Below are positions 1 to 9,907 of a stretch of DNA of 64,000 nt, piece after piece. A program made the translations under genes and the position numbers. The notes under the pieces were generated by a model. The model worked only from the letters and a program-made list of their open reading frames with translations, was not told the DNA's origin and searched no databases. How positions within the stretch are numbered: the stretch's first letter is position 1; each line of letters starts with the position of its first letter. The stretch is taken from NCBI GenBank assembly GCA_028687915.1, contig JAQTZF010000001.1:290634-354633 (forward strand), given 5' to 3'. The stretch comes from Candidatus Daviesbacteria bacterium. GTDB lineage: Bacteria > Patescibacteriota > Microgenomatia > Daviesbacterales > UBA10151.

Positions 1-2
1 AA

Positions 3-137
3 GATAAAAATTTTCCTATATTACAAATTAATGAACTTGGACATTATGTTAAGAATTATACTTTCCCTTCAGGGATAGAAATTGAACTAGATGCTGAAAA
101 TAAAACTATTATTGCTTTAGAAGATTGCGTTTCCTAA
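3..137 (+). CDS. C-terminal end of an upstream hypothetical protein (partial, runs off the window start)
   Basis: Open frame 3 from the window edge to TAA at about 135-137 (…IIALEDCVS*). Confidence 0.3.
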   Translation, partial: DKNFPILQINELGHYVKNYTFPSGIEIELDAENKTIIALEDCVS

Positions 138-988
138 GTGTACTTTTTGAAGAGTTCGGATAGATTTCTTTGGGCAGATTGTTCCACCAATGGCTTATCT
201 TTTATTTGTGGAATTTCTGATTCATAAGAAGGCTTCTTTTCTTCATATAGAATACCTAATGCTATTTGTTTTGGACCCCATTCCATGGATTTCTTAAGTG
301 CTTCTACTTTATTAGTTACATCATAACTTTCATCAAGTTTATAAGTATTTTCCTGGAAAAATGGATGAGTATACTCCTTATTAAAAGTGACACATGGTTG
401 CAAAATATCAATTAAAGCAAAGCCATCATGATCGTTTGCTTTAATCATTAATTCTGTTAATCCTGGAATATCACCAGCATATCCCCGGGCAACAAAGGTA
501 GCTCCTGAGGCAATAGCTAAAGTAAGAGGGGAGATAGGATAATCTGGATTACCATCTGGAGTAGATTTTGTTTTAAAGCCATGAGGAGAAGTTGGTGAAG
601 TTTGTCCAACTGTTAAGCCATAAATTGCATTGTCATGTAAGATAACAGTTATATTATGATTTCTTCTGCAGCTATGTACAAAATGATTGCCTCCTTCTGC
701 TAGGGAATCTCCGTCACCAGTAAAGACAAAAACATTTAAACGATTATTGGCCCCTTTAATTCCTGTGGCAACTGGTAAGGCGCGTCCATGTAATCCTTCA
801 ACAGAAGTAATTTTGGTGAAATTAATGATATGACCATGACAACCAATCCCAGCCACCATTGCTGTGTTAGTATTATCCCAGCCTTGTTTAACACAAGCAC
901 TTTTAAAAGCCCCCCAGATTGCAAAATCCCCACAACCAGGACACCAGTTTGGAGAGCAAGGTGTTACTAAATCTTCAGGTTTTGTCAT
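134..988 (-). CDS. 2-oxoacid:ferredoxin oxidoreductase, beta (TPP-binding) subunit
   Basis: 284 aa. Has the CPGCGDF motif and a TPP-binding GDG…N fold typical of KorB/PorB-type beta subunits. Translationally coupled to the alpha subunit upstream. Confidence 0.8.
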   Translation of the reverse strand: MTKPEDLVTPCSPNWCPGCGDFAIWGAFKSACVKQGWDNTNTAMVAGIGCHGHIINFTKITSVEGLHGRALPVATGIKGANNRLNVFVFTGDGDSLAEGGNHFVHSCRRNHNITVILHDNAIYGLTVGQTSPTSPHGFKTKSTPDGNPDYPISPLTLAIASGATFVARGYAGDIPGLTELMIKANDHDGFALIDILQPCVTFNKEYTHPFFQENTYKLDESYDVTNKVEALKKSMEWGPKQIALGILYEEKKPSYESEIPQIKDKPLVEQSAQRNLSELFKKYT

Positions 989-2709
989 ATTTTTAATAAA
1001 CTGTTTATTTTTTCTATTATCTCTTCAGGATAAATAGGACGTCCACTGTATTTTAATAGTTTATTAGTAATTAAAATACCTGTTTTTTCTCTAATAAGTT
1101 CAGCTAATTGTCCGGTAAAATTACATTCAATATCAAGTATGTTTTTGGCTGTATCTAAAACCTCTTTAACATCTGGTGGAAAAGGACTCATATGAGTAAT
1201 ATGCAAATAATTCACATTATCAAAATCTTTAATTGCCTGTAAAATAGCTCCTTTGTTTGATCCCCAGGAAACTATTGTTAAATCTGCATCATTTGCACCA
1301 AATAATTGTTGTTTCGGTAATTCTTTTACTAAAACATCCATTTTGCTCATTCGTTTTTCCATAGAAGCTTCACGAACTTCAATGCTTTCACTTGAGTAAC
1401 CAAAAGTATCATGTTCATCAGAATTACCTATAAAGAAATTTCCAACTCCAGGAATAGATCTTAGTGAGACACCATCAGGAGAAGGAGCAAATCTTTGATA
1501 GTTTGGAATTAGGTCTGTTGAAAACTTTCCTCTATCAATAGAGTTATCAGAGGGAGGGACTGGGATACTTTGATCACCCTCACAAATATTTTTATCTACT
1601 AATAATATTACAGGAGATTGATATTTATCTGCTAAATCAAAACATTGTTTAGTTAGATCATAACTTTCCTGTGCATCTCCTGCTGCAAGTACTATTCTTG
1701 GGAAATCACCCTGGTGAGCATGAAGTACTAAATGTAGGTCTCCTTGGTCGCTCCAGGTGGGTACACCTGTTGCAGGTCCTGGTCGCATTCCTTCAACAAT
1801 TACCAGAGGAGTTTCAATATTGGCAGCTAACCCATATCCTTCAGACATTAAACAAAAACCACCGCCAGATGTGGCGACCATTGATCTACATCCGGCAAAA
1901 GATGCTCCTATTGCCATATTAATAGCAGCAATTTCATCTTCTGGTTGTTTGTAAATGAAATTATACTTTTCTTGATTTTCTGCTAAGACTGTTAAAATAT
2001 TAGAAGTAGGGGTCATAGGATAAATAGCAGCATATTGTAAACCTGAGGCAATAGAACTTAAGGCGATTGCTTCATTTCCATTAACAATCATCTTTGTTTC
2101 AATATCTGATAATGGTTTTAAAGATTCTTTAATTTTATCCTGAAAGTTGCTGTGGACATAATCATAAGAGACCTTGGCAACTTTTTGATTTAAAGCAATC
2201 ATTTCTGCACCAGCATTGGCATAATCCTGACTAATTAAATCATTTAAAATTTGTAAATCACCACTGTGTAAGGCAACTGTTGCTCCCATGGCTGCAGTAT
2301 TTAACATTAATTTACTGCCACCTGCTGTACTAACTAATTCCTGAAAAGGAATTGGAAGAAGGGTAATATCACTATTTATTTTTGAAGTATCAAAGTCTTC
2401 TGTGTTATCAAATAAAATACTAGAACCAGGAACTAATTCACCATGGTGTTCATCAATAGTTTCCTGATTTAGGGCAATAAGAAAGTTAGTGTATTGTTGG
2501 GGAGCAGCTACTTCTTCTTGGCTGATACAGATTTGCATGATATTGTGTCCTCCCCGAACGAGTGAAGGGTATTCGGTATAGGTATAAATATTGTAGCCTG
2601 AGCGGGTAGCAACTTTGGCCAACATCAAACCAGCGGATTTAATTCCTTGTCCTGCTTGACCACCAATTTTAAGACTGAATATTTGCATTCGAGGATTAAA
2701 ATTTACCAT
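985..2709 (-). CDS. 2-oxoacid:ferredoxin oxidoreductase, fused gamma-alpha subunit (KorA-like)
   Basis: GGQAGQGIKSAG gamma-domain motif followed by an alpha domain. The ORF track extends to 2781 but that overlaps the upstream gene. Met at 2707-2709 (MVNFNP…) is the likely start. Confidence 0.75.
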   Translation of the reverse strand: MVNFNPRMQIFSLKIGGQAGQGIKSAGLMLAKVATRSGYNIYTYTEYPSLVRGGHNIMQICISQEEVAAPQQYTNFLIALNQETIDEHHGELVPGSSILFDNTEDFDTSKINSDITLLPIPFQELVSTAGGSKLMLNTAAMGATVALHSGDLQILNDLISQDYANAGAEMIALNQKVAKVSYDYVHSNFQDKIKESLKPLSDIETKMIVNGNEAIALSSIASGLQYAAIYPMTPTSNILTVLAENQEKYNFIYKQPEDEIAAINMAIGASFAGCRSMVATSGGGFCLMSEGYGLAANIETPLVIVEGMRPGPATGVPTWSDQGDLHLVLHAHQGDFPRIVLAAGDAQESYDLTKQCFDLADKYQSPVILLVDKNICEGDQSIPVPPSDNSIDRGKFSTDLIPNYQRFAPSPDGVSLRSIPGVGNFFIGNSDEHDTFGYSSESIEVREASMEKRMSKMDVLVKELPKQQLFGANDADLTIVSWGSNKGAILQAIKDFDNVNYLHITHMSPFPPDVKEVLDTAKNILDIECNFTGQLAELIREKTGILITNKLLKYSGRPIYPEEIIEKINSLLKI

Positions 2710-2710
2710 A

Positions 2711-5587
2711 TTAAAGTTTTTCTGTATAGATGCGTTCTTTTTTGATATTGCGTGATAATAAAATTTTACTTGCTGCATCAATCATTTGTATATTCCCACA
2801 AAGATAAGCGGCACAATCACTGGCGTCTGTAATATCTTGTTCAATAAGTTGGGTAATAAAACCTGAAGGACCATGCCAGCTATTATCTGGTTTCCAGATA
2901 GCAATTTTAAATTTAAAGTTAGGATAATCTAAAGAAAGTTTTTGAAAATAATCATCCCAAAATAAATCATAAGGATAACTTAAACCAAAATATAAAGTTA
3001 TAGGTATGGTACTACCATGTTCTTTTAACGCAGAATCAATTTGATATCTGAGTGGGGCTATGCCGGATCCGGTTCCCAAAAAAAGTAAGCGTTTAGCACC
3101 ATCTTCTAAATTTAAAGTAAAATTTCCAAAAGGTCCTAAGTATGTAATTTCTTCACCTACTTTAATTTTTTCAAAGTACTGTGAACCTAATCCTCTGGGT
3201 TTAATATCAATTAGTAAATTAAATCTGTTTGGTTTTGAATGAGCCACTATGGAATATGCATTTATTTTTGTTGGGGTAACTTTAACACTAATATATTGAC
3301 CTGGTATAAAAGTTAATGGTTTTGCCGTTTCAAATTCTAATGAATGGTATGTACTGGCTAATATATCATGACTAATAACTTTAGCTGTTTGAAATTGTAT
3401 TCCAATAGCTGGTTTGGTGATTGCTGCTATCTCAGTTGCAGTTTTTGCTAAAAGTATTTTAGTATCAACTGCCCAGGCATTATCATGGGTTACTATTAAA
3501 GGATTAATTTCTACATCAGAAATATCTGGAATAACTTCTACTAATTTACAAAGACGGACGATAATTTCATATAATTTATTTAAGTCATAAGCTGTGTCTC
3601 CTCTATAGCCATTTAAAATCTTAGAAATTTTTGATCCTTCAACTAATGTTTTGGCTTTGTTGATATCTATTGGAAGCAAGCACAGATTACGGTCGGCGAT
3701 TAATTCTGCAAAAGTTCCTCCAGAACCAAATAGTAAGATTGGGCCAAAAACAGAATCATATTTAATACCAATAATTACTTCAACTCCTTTATCAATTTGC
3801 TTTTGAATTTGAATTTGAGTTTGTTTTTGAATATTTGCCTCAAGCTTTAATATACTTTGATTTATGATTTCCCAGTTTTTTTGTAGTTCTTCCTTGTTAT
3901 TTATATTGGTAACAACACCTCCAACATCTTTTTTGTGCAATAGTTGAGGTGAGGAAACCTTTAGCACAACAGGCCAACCTGATTGGTTGGCAAAATTTTC
4001 TGCTTCTTCAACTGTTCCTACAATTTGAGAAGGTGGAGTAGGGATGCCCATTAAAGAGGAAACTTGGTTTGCTTCTTCTGCATCTAAAGCTGGTAGATTT
4101 TTGGAAAGTGCTTTATCAATAATTTCTTGAATAGAAGTTATGTTTTTAGTGATATCAAAATTTGGTTTTACAATTGTGGTTTCTTGCTCCATTTGCCATT
4201 TTTTAAATTTCCACATAGTACTAATAGCATTAATTGCTCTTTCAGGAAAAAGAAAGGAGGGGATTTTATAATCATTTAGTTTTTTAAGCCCAATCGCAAT
4301 CATGTCCCCTCCAATAAATGAGGCAAAAATTGGTTTTTGGTATTTTTTGGACATATGACGCATTATTTCTGCTGTTTCTACAACTTCTGTCATTATCTGA
4401 GGGGTAAGAATAACTAATACACAATCAACATTGCTGCATTGTAATACTGCGTCTAAAGCAGACTGAAATCTTTCTGCTAATGCGTCTCCTAAAACATCAA
4501 CTGGATTGTGAATATTGGCGGATTTAGGCAAGCTTTGTGCTAATAGATTTTTTGTTTGCTCATCAAATTGTGCTAATTCTAAACCAGCTCCAATTACAGC
4601 ATCTGTAGATAGTACTCCTGGTCCCCCAGCATTGGAAACAATGGCAATTTTTGGTCCCATTGGTAAATTTTCCCATGAAAATGCACGAGATAAATCAAAA
4701 AAGTCTTCTAAAGTATTAGCACGAATTATATGTGATTCTTTTAAGACTTCTTCTAAAACATTATCAGCTCCAGCAATGGCTCCAGTGTGGGAGTGCATGG
4801 CAGAGGCAGCTGCTTCAGATTTACCTGGTTTTAAAATAAAGATGGGGTCTTTTTTGGATATTTGTTTGGTTATTTCTAAAAATTTAGGACCATCTGTAAT
4901 TGATTCTAAATACATACCAATAGGACGGGATTTTGATAAGCCTTCAATTCTTTGTAATTGATCTGTTTCCAGACTACTTTGAAAGTATTCTAGGATATCA
5001 TTTTCGTTAATATCTGCTTTATTGCCCAAAGTAATAAAATCACTAAAACCAAGTCCTGCTGTTTTTGACCAGTCAAAAAGAGATGAGGCAATGGCTCCTG
5101 ATTGTGAAATAAACCTGGCATTTCCTACAATATCAACCATTTCACCAAAGGTAGCATTAATTGGACATAAATTATTCACAAATCCTAAACAATTTGGCCC
5201 CAATATATTAATGCCAAATTTTTTGGCAGTTTCACATAGATCATTTTCTAACTTTACTCCATCAGGGCCAGCTTCCTTAAACCCAGCTGCGATTGTTAAG
5301 ACATTTTTTATTCCTTTTTCTCCAATTTGATTTAAAACCTCCAGATTTTTAGATGCTGGAATAGCAATAATTGCTAAATCTGGAATTTCTGGTAAATCGG
5401 AAACACTTTTATAACATTTAAGTCCTTGTACTATTTCTGAACCTGGATTAATTGGGTAAATTTGTCCACTAAATTTAGAATTAATAATATTTTTCAAGAT
5501 TATTGAACCTACTTTATTTGGGGTATCTGAGGCACCAACTATAGCTACAGATTTAGGATTAAAAAGGGCAGATAAATTTCTGGGCAT
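2711..5587 (-). CDS. ADP-forming acetyl-CoA synthetase (fused CoA-binding alpha plus ATP-grasp beta) with a C-terminal FAD/NAD(P)-binding ferredoxin-NADP-reductase-like domain
   Basis: 958 aa. N-terminal CoA-binding motif (KSVAIVGASDTPNKVGS), ligase-CoA and ATP-grasp regions, then about 250 C-terminal residues carrying FNR-family motifs (RxYS-like AYSIVAHS, GTGSGIAP). Confidence 0.7.
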   Translation of the reverse strand: MPRNLSALFNPKSVAIVGASDTPNKVGSIILKNIINSKFSGQIYPINPGSEIVQGLKCYKSVSDLPEIPDLAIIAIPASKNLEVLNQIGEKGIKNVLTIAAGFKEAGPDGVKLENDLCETAKKFGINILGPNCLGFVNNLCPINATFGEMVDIVGNARFISQSGAIASSLFDWSKTAGLGFSDFITLGNKADINENDILEYFQSSLETDQLQRIEGLSKSRPIGMYLESITDGPKFLEITKQISKKDPIFILKPGKSEAAASAMHSHTGAIAGADNVLEEVLKESHIIRANTLEDFFDLSRAFSWENLPMGPKIAIVSNAGGPGVLSTDAVIGAGLELAQFDEQTKNLLAQSLPKSANIHNPVDVLGDALAERFQSALDAVLQCSNVDCVLVILTPQIMTEVVETAEIMRHMSKKYQKPIFASFIGGDMIAIGLKKLNDYKIPSFLFPERAINAISTMWKFKKWQMEQETTIVKPNFDITKNITSIQEIIDKALSKNLPALDAEEANQVSSLMGIPTPPSQIVGTVEEAENFANQSGWPVVLKVSSPQLLHKKDVGGVVTNINNKEELQKNWEIINQSILKLEANIQKQTQIQIQKQIDKGVEVIIGIKYDSVFGPILLFGSGGTFAELIADRNLCLLPIDINKAKTLVEGSKISKILNGYRGDTAYDLNKLYEIIVRLCKLVEVIPDISDVEINPLIVTHDNAWAVDTKILLAKTATEIAAITKPAIGIQFQTAKVISHDILASTYHSLEFETAKPLTFIPGQYISVKVTPTKINAYSIVAHSKPNRFNLLIDIKPRGLGSQYFEKIKVGEEITYLGPFGNFTLNLEDGAKRLLFLGTGSGIAPLRYQIDSALKEHGSTIPITLYFGLSYPYDLFWDDYFQKLSLDYPNFKFKIAIWKPDNSWHGPSGFITQLIEQDITDASDCAAYLCGNIQMIDAASKILLSRNIKKERIYTEKL

Positions 5588-5702
5588 AAAGTTAGTTTAG
5601 TTGATTTATAAGCCTATTATCAAGCATGTACAAAGAATTTGTGTTTTAATATTAGTAGGTCGCCTTCGTTATAACTCCGGCAGACCAAAGGAGGTGATAT
5701 TA

Positions 5703-5969
5703 ATGAAATTAGATCAAGTTAAAACAGCTTTATCCGTTGGGATATTTACGGCAGTAGCGCATATTGGTTGGTCCTTTTTAGTTTGGATGCAATTAGCTCA
5801 GTCACTTATGGATAAGATTTATGAATTACATTTCTTAAATAACCCATTTAATGTTTTAAGCTTTGATATAACTACAGCTGCAACACTTGCAGCAGTAACA
5901 TTTGTTATTGGAGGTGTTTTGGGTTGGTTTTTTGCAATTATTTGGAACCAACTAGTAGGTAAAAAATAA
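5703..5969 (+). CDS. small membrane protein, unknown function
   Basis: RBS AAGGAGGTG 6 nt upstream of ATG at 5703. Two predicted TM helices. The track ORF starts earlier, at 5601. Confidence 0.45.
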   Translation: MKLDQVKTALSVGIFTAVAHIGWSFLVWMQLAQSLMDKIYELHFLNNPFNVLSFDITTAATLAAVTFVIGGVLGWFFAIIWNQLVGKK

Positions 5970-6051
5970 AATTTATTTGTAGTATGAAAAATTATGCTTA
6001 TTTGATTCCTACTTTGTTTTGTCGAACCTGAATGCTAGAATGCAGTGATTC

Positions 6052-6123
6052 CGGGGTGTAGTTCATCGGCAGAACGCTGGGCTGGGGGTCCAGATGCAGC
6101 AGGTTCAATTCCTGTCACCCCGA
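6052..6123 (+). tRNA. tRNA-Pro (anticodon GGG)
   Basis: Hand-folded cloverleaf. The 7-bp acceptor stem CGGGGTG/CACCCCG is perfect. U8 and A9 are present. D stem is GTTC/GAAC. Anticodon stem is CTGGG/TCCAG with loop CTGGGGG (anticodon GGG, G37). T stem is GCAGG/CCTGT with a TTCAATT loop. CCA is not encoded. Confidence 0.7.
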
Positions 6124-6147
6124 CAGCTAAATTTGTTATAAATTATT

Positions 6148-6372
6148 ATGGAAGTTGACTATAATACCCTTTTAGAAAAAGCTAAAGAATTTACCAGAAA
6201 AGGAATTTCTTGGCACCATCATTATTTACCGCCCGAATGTATATTAATTGATGTGGATAAACACATAATTATATTGGAGTGCGAGAATCAAAAGTGGCAA
6301 ACTAATTTTGAAGAGAAGCCTATGGAGCAATTAGAGCAGTTAGAAAATATTTTTTTCAAACGACAAAAGTAG
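6148..6372 (+). CDS. hypothetical small protein
   Basis: 74-aa ORF with no recognizable motifs. Confidence 0.4.
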   Translation: MEVDYNTLLEKAKEFTRKGISWHHHYLPPECILIDVDKHIIILECENQKWQTNFEEKPMEQLEQLENIFFKRQK

Positions 6373-6406
6373 TATTTTAGCATTGCACATCTTATAATTC
6401 CATTTA

Positions 6407-6928
6407 ATGATAGTTGCTGTTGGTTCTACAAACCCTACAAAAATACAACCTGTTGAGGAGATTTTTTCTCAACATTTTAAGAATATAAAAATAAAAGGTG
6501 TTTCTGTAGAGTCAGGTGTAGCTGATCAGCCGCAAAGCGATGAAGAAACTTATTTGGGGGCCCTAAATAGAGCGAAAAGTGCATTAAGCAAAGTTAAGGG
6601 GGCAAAATATGGAGTGGGGATTGAGGGCGGTTTACATAAACACAGTTATGGGTGGTTTGAAAGATCAATGGTAGTAATAGTTGATAAAAAAGGGAATATT
6701 GGAGTAGGAGCATCAGGTGGTTTAGTTTTGCCGAATTCTGTAATGGAAAAAGTAGAGCAGGGGAAAAACCTTGAACAAGCAATAGATGAGCTTTTTGGTA
6801 CTACTAAAATTGGACAAGGAATTGGGATGTTCGGAATCCTAACAAAAGGAGTGGTTACCAGGTCCGAGGGAGTTCGTCATGGTGTTGCTTTTGCGCTTGC
6901 CCGATTTCTTCATAAATCTCTTTATTAA
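6407..6928 (+). CDS. yjjX: inosine/xanthosine triphosphatase (non-canonical purine NTP phosphatase, YjjX/DUF84 family)
   Basis: 173 aa. The family N-terminus (VGSTNPTKI), ESGV…QP…EET…GA.NRA motif and C-terminal GVAFALARF are conserved relative to E. coli YjjX. Confidence 0.7.
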   Translation: MIVAVGSTNPTKIQPVEEIFSQHFKNIKIKGVSVESGVADQPQSDEETYLGALNRAKSALSKVKGAKYGVGIEGGLHKHSYGWFERSMVVIVDKKGNIGVGASGGLVLPNSVMEKVEQGKNLEQAIDELFGTTKIGQGIGMFGILTKGVVTRSEGVRHGVAFALARFLHKSLY

Positions 6929-6930
6929 AA

Positions 6931-7362
6931 ATGAAAAACAACGATGATCAGAAAATTTTATTGGAAGTAGGAGTTAAGATTTTTTTGTACTCTGAATTAG
7001 GAAAGTTTTTATTTTTAAAAAGGTCAGCTCCTTATAGTGGGCAAAAAATTTGTAAATGGGATTTACCAGGAGGAAGAATTAAACCAGGTGAAAAGACAGA
7101 AAAGGCTTTGAAGAGGGAAGTAAGGGAAGAAACAGGTCTAGCTTTAGAAAAAATTGAAAAAGTATTAGCAGTACAGGATATTTTAAGGGTTAAGGAAAAG
7201 CATATAGTTAGAATAACATTTTTGGGAAAGTGTAAGTTGGGAAAAATAAAGTTAGATAGTAGGGAACATAGTGAATATAAATGGCTAAATTTAAATGAAT
7301 TAAAAAAATATAAAGTAGATTTATATTTATCTCCAGTAATTAAGCAATTGCTTGATGAATAG
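6931..7362 (+). CDS. NUDIX hydrolase
   Basis: Nudix box GGRIKPGEKTEKALKREVREETGL (GX5EX7REUXEEXGU). Confidence 0.8.
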   Translation: MKNNDDQKILLEVGVKIFLYSELGKFLFLKRSAPYSGQKICKWDLPGGRIKPGEKTEKALKREVREETGLALEKIEKVLAVQDILRVKEKHIVRITFLGKCKLGKIKLDSREHSEYKWLNLNELKKYKVDLYLSPVIKQLLDE

Positions 7363-7438
7363 TAATTATTTTTTTTACTCCCCTTTTTGGACTATATCTA
7401 TGTATCCATACACCAAAACAGTAGTTAAAAATGATATA

Positions 7439-7467
7439 TTGACATACTTTCGGGTTTTGTTATTATA
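7439..7467 (+). promoter_or_regulatory. putative sigma70-type promoter upstream of recA
   Basis: TTGACA, then a spacer of about 16-17 nt, then TATTAT/TATAAG, ending about 10-30 nt before the recA start. Confidence 0.35.
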
Positions 7468-7472
7468 AGTAA

Positions 7473-8540
7473 ATGTCAGATAACGGGGAAGCAAAAAAAT
7501 CAGCTATTTTAACTGCAATGGCTCAAATCCAAAAGGCTTATGGAAGTGGTTCTATTATGAGGCTTGGTGAAAGAGCTGAAAAAATGACTACAGAAGTTAT
7601 TTCAACTGGCTCTATTGCTTTGGATTTAGCTCTTGGAATTGGTGGTCTGCCAAAAGGCAGAATTATAGAAATATATGGTCCAGAAGCTTCCGGAAAAACT
7701 ACTGTTTGTTTGCATGTTATTGCAGAAGCACAGAAAAAAGGTGGCACAGCTGCTTTCATTGATGCAGAACATGCACTTGATCCTCAAAGAGCTCAAAGAT
7801 TAGGTGTAAATTTAGATGATTTATTAATCTCTCAACCAGATACTGGTGAACAAGCTTTAGAAATAGCTGAAACCCTGATTAGATCCGGTGGAATTGATGT
7901 GCTTGTTATTGATTCTGTTGCAGCTTTGGTACCAAAAGCAGAAATAGAAGGTGAAATGGGAGATTCAGTTATGGGTATGCAGGCCAGATTAATGTCACAG
8001 GCTCTTCGTAAGTTAACAGGGGCAATATCTAACACCAATACCATCTGTATTTTTACTAACCAACTAAGACAAAAAATTGGTGTAATGTTTGGTAATCCTG
8101 AAACAACAACAGGCGGTTTGGCTTTAAAGTTCTATGCTTCTGTAAGGCTTGATATCAGAAAAATAGAAAATATTAAACAAGGCGATTTGGTAGTTGGATC
8201 TCGTCACCGGGTTAAAGTTGTAAAAAATAAAATGGCTCCCCCATTCCGCATTGCTGAATTTGATATGGACCAAAATGGTGTTTCACACGAAGGAGAATTG
8301 CTGGATGTAGGAGTAGAGTTAGGAATCTTAACTAAATCAGGATCTTTTATTAAATGGGCTGATGTAATGTTGGGACAAGGCAGACAGGCAGCCATTACAA
8401 CTTTGAAAGAAGATAAAAAGATGTCAGAAAAGTTGGATAAAGATATTAGAGAGGCCTGGTTAAAACAATCTTCTGGTAAAGAGCTAGTAGTAGGAAAAGA
8501 AGAATCTGAAGATGGTGCTGAAATTCCAGCAGCAGTTTAG
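7473..8540 (+). CDS. recA: recombinase RecA
   Basis: 355 aa with unmistakable RecA sequence (Walker [10 protein letters not shown], the L1/L2 loops, [14 protein letters not shown]). Confidence 0.95.
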   Translation: MSDNGEAKKSAILTAMAQIQKAYGSGSIMRLGERAEKMTTEVISTGSIALDLALGIGGLPKGRIIEIYGPEASGKTTVCLHVIAEAQKKGGTAAFIDAEHALDPQRAQRLGVNLDDLLISQPDTGEQALEIAETLIRSGGIDVLVIDSVAALVPKAEIEGEMGDSVMGMQARLMSQALRKLTGAISNTNTICIFTNQLRQKIGVMFGNPETTTGGLALKFYASVRLDIRKIENIKQGDLVVGSRHRVKVVKNKMAPPFRIAEFDMDQNGVSHEGELLDVGVELGILTKSGSFIKWADVMLGQGRQAAITTLKEDKKMSEKLDKDIREAWLKQSSGKELVVGKEESEDGAEIPAAV

Positions 8541-9053
8541 TTATTTATAGTAACTCCGGATTTTATAAAGAATATAAAGGTAAGCAATAGTTATTATTGT
8601 ATAAATGTTTATCAACCCATAGCTTGGATTAAAAGAACCATACACACGGATTAAGCCCCAAGGGTCACTTATAGCATAGTTTTTTAATAAACCGAGAAAC
8701 ATGGTAAATACAAGGACAGCCCAGGAAAAACGCCATCTTTTCAATAAACCAATAATAAAAATAATCTCTACAACCATAACCACTGTGCCTGCGATTACGA
8801 CGAAAACTTCAGGTCCGATACTCTTTAAGAGAAAGAGCCAGATTGAATCTAAGATAGGTGCAACAACGTCGCCTGTCGCAGTAAAAGGACTAATTATTCT
8901 TTCCTTCATGAAAAAAGAATATATTTGAATTGGAAAAGGACGGATAACAAACTGAGATTGTATTAAGATAAATTCCAATAAATAGTAAAATCCCAAAACT
9001 TTTACTACAAGTATTTTCCAATCTTGGGTTGAGGTTTTAACTTTTTTGGACAT
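8541..9053 (-). CDS. polytopic membrane protein (DoxX-like?)
   Basis: 170 aa with four predicted TM segments. Confidence 0.45.
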   Translation of the reverse strand: MSKKVKTSTQDWKILVVKVLGFYYLLEFILIQSQFVIRPFPIQIYSFFMKERIISPFTATGDVVAPILDSIWLFLLKSIGPEVFVVIAGTVVMVVEIIFIIGLLKRWRFSWAVLVFTMFLGLLKNYAISDPWGLIRVYGSFNPSYGLINIYTIITIAYLYILYKIRSYYK

Positions 9054-9101
9054 TAAATAAAGTATATGTGAATTTTGTTTATTTACAAGTAGCTGATAGA
9101 A

Positions 9102-9770
9102 TTGATTTGCATGTTAACCATCACCTCTGTTGAACCTCAGAAAAAAAATCTCAAACGTTTTAATATTTTTTTGGATGGGAAATTTGCCTTTGGAGCAGAT
9201 GAAGATTTAATTGTTGATTATAGATTAGTGGTAGGAAAAATAATTCAAACAGAAGATTTAGAAAAATTATTATTTGAAGCAGAGGTGGGAAAATTAATGG
9301 AGAAAATGTATAACTGGTTTTGTTTTAGACAACATTCTGAAAAAGAAACAAGGGATTATTTAAAAAACCTTTCATTTAAGAGAAAACTAAAAGATTTGGA
9401 TGAAATTTCTGAGATGGTTACTTCCCTTTTAGTAGAAAGATTAAAGAAAAAAGGACTAATTAATGATTTGGAATTTGCCAAAGCCTGGGTAGATGCAAGA
9501 AGAAGAAGTAAGCAAAAAGGAATAAATGCAATAAAATCAGAACTTTATCAAAAAGGAATAGATAAGGAAATTATTGAAGAAGTTATTGTTCAAGCTTCTG
9601 AGGGTGACGAAGAAAATTTAGCAAAAATTGCTTTAGAGAAAAAGATAAATTCATGGAAGAATTTAGACGAAAAGAAAAGAAAGCAGAAAGCTTTTGAGTA
9701 TCTAATGAGAAAAGGATTTACCTATGATATTTCTAAAGAGGTAATTGAAAAATTGCTGAAAATGAGTTAA
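9102..9770 (+). CDS. recX: RecA regulator RecX (putative)
   Basis: Lies immediately downstream of recA. About 220 aa with repeated helical RecX-like segments and a basic C-terminal region (ARRRSKQKGINAIKSELYQKGI). Confidence 0.55.
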   Translation: MICMLTITSVEPQKKNLKRFNIFLDGKFAFGADEDLIVDYRLVVGKIIQTEDLEKLLFEAEVGKLMEKMYNWFCFRQHSEKETRDYLKNLSFKRKLKDLDEISEMVTSLLVERLKKKGLINDLEFAKAWVDARRRSKQKGINAIKSELYQKGIDKEIIEEVIVQASEGDEENLAKIALEKKINSWKNLDEKKRKQKAFEYLMRKGFTYDISKEVIEKLLKMS

Positions 9771-9907
9771 TATTACCTATAGTTTGTAAGAAACTTTAAA
9801 GCTTAAGGATAGATTGATGAAACAAATCAAACTACTAATTCTTAAATAACCATTTTGGTCTCCCCTATTTTTAGGGCAAGCTTTATTTCTCTTACATTTA
9901 TAAATAT

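Noticed and set aside
985-2781. Track start of OFOR alpha at 2781 (MMQQVK…)
   Set aside because: That start would overlap the upstream gene by 71 nt. The internal Met at 2707-2709 (MVNFNP…) sits 1 nt after the upstream stop and fits the family N-terminus.
7363-7472. Search for a LexA/SOS box upstream of recA
   Set aside because: No CTGT-N8-ACAG or CGAACRNRYGTTCG-like palindrome is present. Only a sigma70-like -35/-10 pair was seen.
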